DNA of 64,000 nt, taken from Poseidonia sp. Its GTDB lineage: Archaea > Thermoplasmatota > Poseidoniia > Poseidoniales > Poseidoniaceae. The notes beneath the pieces are model-generated. The model saw only the letters and a program-made list of their open reading frames with translations. It searched no databases and had not been told where the DNA came from. The DNA is taken from NCBI GenBank assembly GCA_965661285.1, contig CBFIDD010000002.1, forward strand, positions 64,001 through 128,000, given 5' to 3'. The first letter of the stretch is position 1. The number at the start of each line of letters is the position of its first letter. The translations under genes were made by a program, and so were the position numbers. Positions 1 to 8,255 of this stretch are shown here, piece by piece.

Positions 1-94
1 CTACCTGGGGCCATGGGTGCTGTGGGGATTCGGGATGGAGGAAGCTTGCGGATTTGGCCTTGCGAAGCGCACGTCCACCCTTGGCACTCCCACC

Positions 95-589
95 TCAAAT
101 GTCGAAGACAACATCAGCGTACCAGCCCGGGCCTTCGAAATCAGGAACATCTTCCCAGCGACTGACAACCTGTTCGCCACCGCTGACTTCAGCTACAACA
201 AGGTTGTGGGTTGTCACGGCTTTGATTTCTATTTCCCGTTCAATATGGTTGGCTTCAACCCATGAGACATGGGCCACAGCAAGGAGGCCGTGATCATCGT
301 GTTCAATCCTTACAAGACCGTCAACATACCACTCCGCATGCACTTCTGCGCGATACAGAATCTCATCCAACCATGCCAAGTAGAGAAAATGCGGGTCTGT
401 TGGATGGTGTTGCGAACGGACACGCCATTCTCCTGAGTGGCGCACATGTCGATTGATACTTTTGGCGGCGTTCTCGCTCATAAGGTAGGTTTGCACACCG
501 TGAGCCGCTTCGCTTAACAAACTTGCAAGGTCTTTGGCGTACACACGCATGCCGATATCGGCGGTGGTCGGCCATAACCATGCACTCAT
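95..589 (-). CDS. Archease (RtcB tRNA ligase activator) family protein
   Basis: N-terminal TTADIG, EIKAVTTHNL and C-terminal VVFDI match the archease motifs (HTAD, KAVTYH, FDI); 164 aa. Confidence 0.85.
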   Translation of the reverse strand: MSAWLWPTTADIGMRVYAKDLASLLSEAAHGVQTYLMSENAAKSINRHVRHSGEWRVRSQHHPTDPHFLYLAWLDEILYRAEVHAEWYVDGLVRIEHDDHGLLAVAHVSWVEANHIEREIEIKAVTTHNLVVAEVSGGEQVVSRWEDVPDFEGPGWYADVVFDI

Positions 590-598
590 GGATTCACC

Positions 599-1669
599 TT
601 ATCGTTTGGAGACTTGGAGATTCCATACATGCTCACCGACGCGATGAACCAAATCATCTCGGCTCAAGACAAAGGCATCTGTTCGCTCTGCTGCGAGGAT
701 GCATTCGCAGGCTGCATTGGCAAGCAGAGCCGTGGAATGGACATCCAAGTTTCGAGATAAAGAAAAGGCGATGGCTACGGCGGCGGCGTCAATCAAACCG
801 ATCATCTGGCGCAGGTCGACCAAACCACACGGTGCATGAACGGTTTCTTCTTCAGCGGAATAGATGGTGACGCCTGCTTCACCTGACAGCACCACAAGAT
901 GATTCCACTTGTATTGGGCAATCAATTTCTCTGCAGCCTCTGCGCCGGTGCTTGCTCCTACTCTTCGCCTCATCAACTCGAGGCCTTGTGATTGGAATAA
1001 AATCCAGTCCACGCCTTCCGTGCGGTGGAGGCCGGTTAATTTTGGGTCGGCGATGACCGGTATTCCCTGCTCTCTTGCGGCAGCGAACAATACTGCAGCT
1101 CCTTTGTCGGTGATGACGCCCTGACCGTAATCTGATGCGATGAGGGCGGAGGCGCCCTCCAAATCATCGATCGCTTGTTCATACAAGGCTTCGGAGGCTT
1201 CCAAGGGGACGGGGTCGTCCTCTTCGATGTCCCACCGAAGCAAGAGTTGTTCATCGCGAATGAGGCTTTCACGTGATGCGAGCATGCGGGTTTTGACCGT
1301 GGTTGTGCGCTCTTCAACGATGGCGATGCCGTGGGTGGTGACGCCCTCGTTTTCAAGCGATTCAATGATGCTTAACCCCGCTCCATCGTCGCCAACCACG
1401 CCGAAGAGGTGGCTTTCTAACCCCATAGACCTCAACCCTCTGGCAACGTGCGCTGCTGCTCCGACATCTTCCTCCCGTGATGTCTCACGAAGCACCGGGA
1501 CAGGAGCACGGGAATTCAGGTTGTTCGCGTAGCCGTGAATGTAGCAATCCATCATGACATCGCCGATCAAGACAATTTTCGCCGTATCCTCGGAGCGGAG
1601 GTGTCGTTTCAAATCAGAGAGTGTGTCGTGCAATGTTGCTTCTTCATCGGTCATTCCCATGTGCTTCAC
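599..1669 (-). CDS. PfkB-family sugar kinase related to RfaE/HldE domain I, with a degenerate active-site motif
   Basis: IVLIGDVMMDCYIHG..SRAPVPV, TTVKTR, ASDYGQGV and IADPK resemble the HldE kinase; the canonical GAGD reads GLID. Confidence 0.8.
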   Translation of the reverse strand: MKHMGMTDEEATLHDTLSDLKRHLRSEDTAKIVLIGDVMMDCYIHGYANNLNSRAPVPVLRETSREEDVGAAAHVARGLRSMGLESHLFGVVGDDGAGLSIIESLENEGVTTHGIAIVEERTTTVKTRMLASRESLIRDEQLLLRWDIEEDDPVPLEASEALYEQAIDDLEGASALIASDYGQGVITDKGAAVLFAAAREQGIPVIADPKLTGLHRTEGVDWILFQSQGLELMRRRVGASTGAEAAEKLIAQYKWNHLVVLSGEAGVTIYSAEEETVHAPCGLVDLRQMIGLIDAAAVAIAFSLSRNLDVHSTALLANAACECILAAERTDAFVLSRDDLVHRVGEHVWNLQVSKR

Positions 1670-2628
1670 CTCTGGTGTTCGTCTCTCAAATCTTCCATGA
1701 TTCGTTCGTGCTCTGCTTCGGAAATTCCCAACGTTCCACGCAGTGTTCGCAAGATGGCGTGTTCATCTGCCGTAATGACTCGGTCTTGCATGGCTGTGCG
1801 AACAGCGGCAGCGTAGGTGTGGTATTGTTCGGAAACTACCGGGGTGTTGCGTGCCCGCTCAAGGAGGGTGTTATGGGTAAACTGGTCAATGCCGAAATGA
1901 ACCCGAAAAGTGTTGAGCAGGTCAATTTCCTCTTGGACGATCTCACCATCATCCAGGGCTTGGAGGATCATATCGTAATACACCTCCTCTGGCGGGGGTA
2001 TTTTGAGCGCCTTTCGCGCTTCTGTGGACAAACGGCGCACACGTTCCGGGTGCATGCCGAGGAATTCAACGACCTCGTTGAGCAGGGACTGTTCATCTCT
2101 TGTGATCTTCCCATCCTCCCATGCCCTCGCAAACATTCTCTGAACCAGCTGCTCGCCGTACTGTGCATCGAGGGACGCTACGCCTTCCGGATTTGACACC
2201 GGAGAGACCAGGGCGGATGAATGGAAGTTCATGCCCTCATCAACATGCGACAACAGCTCAAGAATCGGTTGGGGAGATGTCCACAGCGATTGCAATTTGA
2301 CCGTCGTGTCGATATGCTGAACCTGCTTTGCTAGAATCCCGTCCTTGAGGGATTCTGCTCGCTCACGACCGATGGCTGTGAGCGTGTAGACTCGTTTTCG
2401 TTGCTTTCCACCGGGTATGTGCCGTTGGGCCACATCGAGCAGACCGTTTCTTTCCATTCGCTTCAGTGTACGAGGAATGTGTTTGCGTTGAACGTGGACT
2501 GCAGCCGATATCCCGGCTTGCGTCAAAATGGCGGGGGCTTCCCACCCGCCGCTAGGCAATTGTTGGTTGATGAGGTGGAGAAGCGTACGCTCCTCGGTGG
2601 TGAGTGTACCGAGAAACCCATCCACCAT
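1666..2628 (-). CDS. Winged-helix protein with three C-terminal TerB-like helical repeats
   Basis: N-terminal LTQAGISAAVHVQRKHIPRTLKRME..RKRVYTLTAIG (wHTH); repeats AWEDGKITRDE, ALDDGEIVQEE, AMQDRVITADE; start moved to ATG 2628. Confidence 0.65.
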   Translation of the reverse strand: MVDGFLGTLTTEERTLLHLINQQLPSGGWEAPAILTQAGISAAVHVQRKHIPRTLKRMERNGLLDVAQRHIPGGKQRKRVYTLTAIGRERAESLKDGILAKQVQHIDTTVKLQSLWTSPQPILELLSHVDEGMNFHSSALVSPVSNPEGVASLDAQYGEQLVQRMFARAWEDGKITRDEQSLLNEVVEFLGMHPERVRRLSTEARKALKIPPPEEVYYDMILQALDDGEIVQEEIDLLNTFRVHFGIDQFTHNTLLERARNTPVVSEQYHTYAAAVRTAMQDRVITADEHAILRTLRGTLGISEAEHERIMEDLRDEHQR

Positions 2629-2709
2629 GATGCTGGGGCTGAGAAGGTAGCACATAGGACAATCGGTTTCGTGCGACGGAATCAAAAGCGCAGGAGCCGT
2701 GGGGAAACC

Positions 2710-3792
2710 ATGGCAGGTCGAGAGCGTAACTACACGCCTCGAGCACGCACGACGCGTCCGATTGGTGAGCCTCGAACGTCCAACACCCCTCCGGGAATAC
2801 CTCTCGACTCTCCCACAGAGAAGGATGGATTTTGGTTTATCAGTGAGCCACTTTCGCATCGCTTACACGAGAAAAGTGCACTCGGGCAGCAAACCAAAGG
2901 CGGTATTCTTCTCAGCCCCGAGGAGGTCATGTTTTGCCACTGGTATCGCCACGTACCACTCCCAGGAGGGTCGGCGTGGTTTCATGGTCAACTGATGGAA
3001 GATGACCAAATTGCCAAACGTATCATTGCACTGGATGTTTTGCGAAACGGCGGTGAACGCGTGGTGCCCGTCGTTCATTTGCAACATCGGTTTCCGTCGC
3101 TTCCCAAGAGCACGTGGGCCATTCGCTGGGAGCGGCACGAGCGTTGGATGTCACACGAAGGGTACAGTCAGGTTCGACTGCAACGCACGCACGACCAGCT
3201 GGATTGGAATGAACTCCGTACGTGGGTATTGGACGTTCAAGCCTCTGGCCATGTTGCTGAACTCTGTGTGATTGATGAGGAATTTGACACGACGATTTAC
3301 CATCTTTCCATGGTAGAGCCGTCTGGCTCGCATCACGTTCGGGAGGATTTGGACGAACACGCCCTTTCTCAATTGACCGATTCGTGTCGGCAAGCAACGT
3401 CCGTTGAGGGTGGATATTTTGTTTCACACGATGGTTCTTGGCCGCTACCTGCTATCGGCTTGCCCCATTTTTCCGGTCGCTATCTGCGTGGCGAAGAGTA
3501 CCGGGTGCTCATGGACAGTACAATGCCTGATGACGCTCTCTACCAGGAGTTGGTCGCCCTTGGTCTTCTGCTCCGTCCAGGTTTCAAGTACGGCTGTCGT
3601 TGGCGGGCCTATGAAGATGGCATTGACGTGGCTCACGCCCCTTGGTTGGTTCAACCCTTGAGTGAAGCACCGCAGAACTGGGAAGAGGTCTGCTTAGCGA
3701 TTCGGTTAGCTGAAGGCGTGAACAAGCAGTGGATTTGTGCCCTTGAAAATCAGGCCTCACATTCCTTCATCAACATCCGGCGTTACGGATAA
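2710..3792 (+). CDS. endA: tRNA-intron (splicing) endonuclease, two-unit homodimeric type
   Basis: LLLRPGFKYGCRWRAY..AHAPWLV..RLAEGVNK contains the Tyr/His/Lys triad; N-terminal LSPEEV; 360 aa from ATG 2710. Confidence 0.8.
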   Translation: MAGRERNYTPRARTTRPIGEPRTSNTPPGIPLDSPTEKDGFWFISEPLSHRLHEKSALGQQTKGGILLSPEEVMFCHWYRHVPLPGGSAWFHGQLMEDDQIAKRIIALDVLRNGGERVVPVVHLQHRFPSLPKSTWAIRWERHERWMSHEGYSQVRLQRTHDQLDWNELRTWVLDVQASGHVAELCVIDEEFDTTIYHLSMVEPSGSHHVREDLDEHALSQLTDSCRQATSVEGGYFVSHDGSWPLPAIGLPHFSGRYLRGEEYRVLMDSTMPDDALYQELVALGLLLRPGFKYGCRWRAYEDGIDVAHAPWLVQPLSEAPQNWEEVCLAIRLAEGVNKQWICALENQASHSFINIRRYG

Positions 3793-5877
3793 CGAAGATG
3801 CATCAATGGGTCGCCCCCAAGCATCTGTTTCCACCGGCTTTGCCTCCATTTGCGGAGCTGGAGAGGTCGAATGTTCCCCTGCCTTTTTTGCTGCGGAAGT
3901 CGTACGGGTGAAGACGGACATAAACGCTGACAAGCCTACGATGGTCAGCATCAATCCAACGATTCTGCCGGGTTCAGTCCAGGGTGTCAACCATGTTTCG
4001 TCCGTGCTGGTTGCTTCCAAGGCCACATCAATGGTCCAGACCATGCCCTCCTCTGTCATCAACTTCAGACTGCCATAGACCAACATGTTCTCGGTGAGCA
4101 AACCGTTTGGTTCAATGTCGAGTATGTAGGCCGAATCATCGGCCAACACGATGAACTCATCTCCGGAAGCTACTCTTGAAAGCGGCCCGTCAGTCAAAAC
4201 AGACAAGCGTTGTTCACCGGATCCAACAGAGGAAATCGGAATCTCAAGACGTGTTGGGGTGGAAGGGTGAACCTGGGCCTCAAAGGATGTGGGTTCGGGT
4301 ATTCGCTGCATGATATGAATGTCATAAAGGAGGTCAACGGTACGACCATCACACGAAATGGAGCCTTTAACGGTGACGAAGGAGTTGGCCACGCCTTCTC
4401 GAGAGAACTCCAGCCGATGTCCAGATGCATCGCTCACGAGAAAGACACCCCGTCCATCCGATGAGAGAAGTGAACTTGAGCAATTGTCAACCTTTCCACG
4501 AAGCGTCACGTTCAAACTTTGGTCGAAGAGCAACGTGGCTCCATGGTCGGGCAGGTCCACGTCAAAGGATGGCGTGCATTCCGTAGCGGTGAAGGAGACG
4601 GTGAGATTTTCATCTCCCGATACCGATGCGACCCACGGAACGAGGAAACCATCGTGTGTACGGATCTCCACGCCTTGTGCGCCAAACGTGGTACCGTTGA
4701 GGAAGAGGTCACTTTGCTCGCCTTGATTCGAACCGCGCACGAGGTCGTCTCTCATGTCCGCTTCAATGACCTTCAACCAGGGTTGATTTGGGTTCGTGTT
4801 GACTTCATTACGTTCAAAATCACCAACGCTGAGGTCTTGATACGTCACAAGAAGCCCATGACCGGGCAGCCGACTGTCATAGCCCGAGTCGGCCCGATGT
4901 TCAATGAACACCGATTCTTCGTCAGTGAGGGGAATTTTCAGGATGGTTCCGCCTTGTGTAACGCCATCGAGTTGAATCGATGGACCGATACAAGGAGCGC
5001 TTGCCGTAGCTGGCCATACCAATTCCAGGGTTTCAATCCGTTCGGCCCGCACCAGTTCTGTATTGGCGCCTGTAGGCATGGCAGGCCAGCGTCCGCCGCC
5101 GTTCCAATTTCCGCTGGCCATGATGTCCCAATCCCCGGGACCCTTCCATGGTTGCGAACTGACCTCGTCGTGAACTGGATAAAGGTCAACGGCACCCATC
5201 TGATGCAGCATTTCGTGGATCATGGTTCCGACGCCGCTGGAACCGGTTTGCAAACTCGCCATCGTATAGTGTTCAATCACCAGTCCATCCGGTAAATCGA
5301 GCGGACGTTCAAACTGTGTGAAATGGCTCCATATACGATTCACAATGCCGGGATTCTCCTCCTGTCCTTTCGTACTGTGGAGAACGAGGAAACGGTCAAC
5401 ATGTTGGTCATTGTTGAGGTCAAACATGCTCCAGTTTACTTCACTTCGCACTGCAGCAACGGCCTCCTCTGCGAGCTGTGCTGGTAGAAAACGACCGTCT
5501 GCATCCGTGTCTTTTCCAGCGGCATCTCGCCCGTAATCCTCCATGGCGCTACTGGCCCTTACCACCGTTGGATGAACGGTGACCTGGAGCGACGAAGTGT
5601 TTCCTGACAGTTGCTCAACATAGGGAACAATCGCTTGGTTCAGCAGGTTCTCGGCTTCATCGACCCCCCACCCGTTTCCGGCAGGAGCAGATTCGAAGTC
5701 AACCACAACGATGAGCCACTGCTCGTTGTCTTGAAGCGGCACGAGGGAGATGCTGTCCTCTTGTTCGGTGACAAGTTGCCCCCTCAACCAAGATTCTACG
5801 GTCGCTTCGTTCATGAATGTCCAGGCTGCGGAGGCCAAGAAGACCAGTGCGATGAGCCCCGCAACCGTCCGCCTCAT
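3757..5877 (-). CDS. M6 family (immune inhibitor A-like) membrane-anchored metalloprotease
   Basis: HEMLHQMG (HExxH), WDIMASGNWNG, IWSH, FIEHR..GYD; N-terminal signal/TM and C-terminal TM; start ATG 5877. Confidence 0.85.
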   Translation of the reverse strand: MRRTVAGLIALVFLASAAWTFMNEATVESWLRGQLVTEQEDSISLVPLQDNEQWLIVVVDFESAPAGNGWGVDEAENLLNQAIVPYVEQLSGNTSSLQVTVHPTVVRASSAMEDYGRDAAGKDTDADGRFLPAQLAEEAVAAVRSEVNWSMFDLNNDQHVDRFLVLHSTKGQEENPGIVNRIWSHFTQFERPLDLPDGLVIEHYTMASLQTGSSGVGTMIHEMLHQMGAVDLYPVHDEVSSQPWKGPGDWDIMASGNWNGGGRWPAMPTGANTELVRAERIETLELVWPATASAPCIGPSIQLDGVTQGGTILKIPLTDEESVFIEHRADSGYDSRLPGHGLLVTYQDLSVGDFERNEVNTNPNQPWLKVIEADMRDDLVRGSNQGEQSDLFLNGTTFGAQGVEIRTHDGFLVPWVASVSGDENLTVSFTATECTPSFDVDLPDHGATLLFDQSLNVTLRGKVDNCSSSLLSSDGRGVFLVSDASGHRLEFSREGVANSFVTVKGSISCDGRTVDLLYDIHIMQRIPEPTSFEAQVHPSTPTRLEIPISSVGSGEQRLSVLTDGPLSRVASGDEFIVLADDSAYILDIEPNGLLTENMLVYGSLKLMTEEGMVWTIDVALEATSTDETWLTPWTEPGRIVGLMLTIVGLSAFMSVFTRTTSAAKKAGEHSTSPAPQMEAKPVETDAWGRPIDASSLSVTPDVDEGM

Positions 5878-5901
5878 ACCGTGTTCTCGTTGTTTCACCG
5901 T

Positions 5902-5906
5902 TTGAA
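5902..5906 (-). promoter_or_regulatory. TTCAA element at the TATA-box position of the M6 protease gene
   Basis: TTCAA begins 29 nt upstream of ATG 5877; the same spacing occurs at several other genes. Confidence 0.5.
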
Positions 5907-5941
5907 CCTTGGCCGCTTGTGTTGGGCAACACGGATGTTGT

Positions 5942-7216
5942 TCACAGGGCCGTCGTTTGTACGGGGGGGAGCACGAGCCCTTCCGTAGAATGATTGGTAC
6001 TCCATGTCGGTGGTGTCTCATGCTTGACCACAGGGAGTGTTCGGTGCAGCCACGCCTTCTTCTCGATCAGATTCCTTAACATGTTCTCGTGTAGATGTTG
6101 CGGAAAAAGGGTTGGGAGGGTGAGAAAAGCCGCATGGACATCAAGGTCAGGATGAGGGGAATCGACCCGTATATTTTGGAGGCTCATGAGGTTCAATCCG
6201 TGGACGGTAATGTTGAGGTTCTTCATGTTCCCAAGAAATTGCGATGGGCAGGCCTTGGTGTCGCACCCGGTGATGACGACGTCCGTGATGGCAGACTGCA
6301 GTGCATGTTCAATGAGTCTTGTCCGACTTTCACCATCCGTGCACAAACTCCTCACATCGACGGTTGAACATCCCGGCACGAGGGCGTGTCCATGATGTGT
6401 ATTGGCGCCTTCACAAGAGCAATCGACCATCGCAACTTTTCTGCGGCGTCCTTCGCCGTCCAGACGAACCGATGGCGAGCCGAAAACAGCGACCTCTCGC
6501 AGGTACCAGCGCTGTCCGATGAGTTCACTCGTGGTCCAATACGTGGCCAAAAGTGGCAACAGCAGGGAGGCTGCATGTTCGGGAATGCTCAAGACAAGAA
6601 GGAGGCTTCCAAGGCCATAAATCCTTAACCGCCAGTAATCGGCGGTGTCGGCATTGAGGATGTTGAAAAAACCGAGCAACGCGATGGCGTTCCATGTGGC
6701 AATGAAGACAAAAAAACCCCAAATGCAGAAGGCTGCCACCAACAACATGTCTACAGCGCTGTACTGGGCGGACAATCCTGCCGCTCGATGTTGCTGGAAC
6801 CCGAATTCATACAGCATCGGTAGCCCATCGGCGATGAGCAAGAAGGTCCCACCGCCAAGCACAAAGGTCGTGATGGTGAGCCACCTTTTGAATGCGGTAT
6901 ACTCTGATGGCAGCATGCCGGGCTTTGAAAATTTCAGGAGTTGAACAAGCACCAACGGAAGTGCCGAAAACACGCCGAGGATCACGCACGTAAGCCATCG
7001 AACAGCACTCCACTGAGCAGGGTCGTAGACATTCAAGCAATCACCAACACAAGGTTGGAGCGTTGTGAGAAGAGTGTTCAGTACTTCATCAACGTACATT
7101 GACCAGACCAGTGTGAAGACGGCGACCGTAGCAAAGATGAGGGTCGTGCGCCACGTGAGTTCGTCAAGATGCGACTGGAGCGTTCGTGTGCTGTCGTGCT
7201 CAAGCAGAACCGACAT
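5942..7216 (-). CDS. TatC-like twin-arginine translocase subunit with a fused Cys-rich C-terminal domain
   Basis: LQSHLDEL..R, YDP.Q and QLLKFSKPGMLPSE are TatC motifs, with about 6 TM helices; the soluble tail has DCSC..LCT..VVITGC..ACP. Confidence 0.7.
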   Translation of the reverse strand: MSVLLEHDSTRTLQSHLDELTWRTTLIFATVAVFTLVWSMYVDEVLNTLLTTLQPCVGDCLNVYDPAQWSAVRWLTCVILGVFSALPLVLVQLLKFSKPGMLPSEYTAFKRWLTITTFVLGGGTFLLIADGLPMLYEFGFQQHRAAGLSAQYSAVDMLLVAAFCIWGFFVFIATWNAIALLGFFNILNADTADYWRLRIYGLGSLLLVLSIPEHAASLLLPLLATYWTTSELIGQRWYLREVAVFGSPSVRLDGEGRRRKVAMVDCSCEGANTHHGHALVPGCSTVDVRSLCTDGESRTRLIEHALQSAITDVVITGCDTKACPSQFLGNMKNLNITVHGLNLMSLQNIRVDSPHPDLDVHAAFLTLPTLFPQHLHENMLRNLIEKKAWLHRTLPVVKHETPPTWSTNHSTEGLVLPPVQTTAL

Positions 7217-7226
7217 GCCGCTTCAC

Positions 7227-8183
7227 TCACACGAGGTCAGTGTATTGCTTTGGAGCACGTGCTTGGACGATGGTTCGGTAAACGCCGTATATTGCCCAGA
7301 GCGTGAGCATACCGGTGACCAAGGCGTATCCCCATGGTTGGCCGCTGTCAACCATGTAGGCAAAGAGAACCGCCAAACCTGCGGCGAGGACACCACGGCG
7401 TAGGCCTTGAGGAACGGCGAGGCTCTTGTCGAGGTGGGTGGGGCCACCACCAAACCGTCGTTCGTAGAATTCTCCCTGGATGACGGCTGCGACGATGATG
7501 AGCGACAACGTTGTCCAGTAGTAGAGGTTCCCGTTGGTGAAGAAATCGTCTGCAATTCCTTCTTGACGCTCGGCTTCAATCGCTTCGGGGTCTTCTTCTG
7601 CTACGAAGAGGGACTCATAATCGCCAACGCTGATGGTTCGCAGTGATACATCCTCATCCGTAGCGATTTCTGTTGCGCCGGGTGCGCTCACGGTGAAGGT
7701 GAGGATGTTCCATTTGTCGCCCTCGTCGAAATTGCCGTTGCCGTTCACGGCGTTGCCAACGAGTTGGAAGTTTGCCGGTCCAGCATCCTCATCGGGGGCC
7801 GTCCACTGAACGACCCAGTCGTTGCCGGGTTCCGATTGTGAAAGCGCTCCTGGCTTGTCGGGAACGGTCTGACTCCCTTCACCGGCAATGAGCGTGCCGA
7901 TGTCCCCGTCCCAGAACAGGAATCCACCGCCGTCGTTTGATGCGTGTTGCAGACTGATCACGAATTCATATGTCTCGCTAAGGTTGTAAGCACGAGGAAC
8001 GCCGGATACCGAAACCACAACTTCGGTTGATGGCGCACCACCGCCGTGGCAGGTACATCCTGTTTCGATGACCAGGTTTCCACCGTTGTCCCAAGGTGGA
8101 CCGTTGGGGTTCCCAAGGACGGGAGCGACCAGCATCAAAGAGAGAACAACCATCAACGAAAAGTTACGGAAGTTGCGTCGCAT
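7227..8183 (-). CDS. Reeler / choice-of-anchor V-like exported protein with C-terminal TM helices
   Basis: Signal MRRNFRNFSLMVVLSLMLVAPVLG; GCTCHGG; WVVQWTAP..AG..NFQLVGNAVNGNG..GD; GGTGA RBS upstream of ATG 8183. Confidence 0.7.
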   Translation of the reverse strand: MRRNFRNFSLMVVLSLMLVAPVLGNPNGPPWDNGGNLVIETGCTCHGGGAPSTEVVVSVSGVPRAYNLSETYEFVISLQHASNDGGGFLFWDGDIGTLIAGEGSQTVPDKPGALSQSEPGNDWVVQWTAPDEDAGPANFQLVGNAVNGNGNFDEGDKWNILTFTVSAPGATEIATDEDVSLRTISVGDYESLFVAEEDPEAIEAERQEGIADDFFTNGNLYYWTTLSLIIVAAVIQGEFYERRFGGGPTHLDKSLAVPQGLRRGVLAAGLAVLFAYMVDSGQPWGYALVTGMLTLWAIYGVYRTIVQARAPKQYTDLV

Positions 8184-8255
8184 GAACTCACCTGTCTTTT
8201 TCCACCAGCCCCCGCTCTTTGAATGTTGCTTCAAATTGCGGAATCAAGGCCTGGT

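Noticed and set aside
1-94. Start of a gene (possibly rtcB) running off the left edge from a minus-strand ATG at 14
   Set aside because: Only four full codons are visible, which is not enough to support a call.
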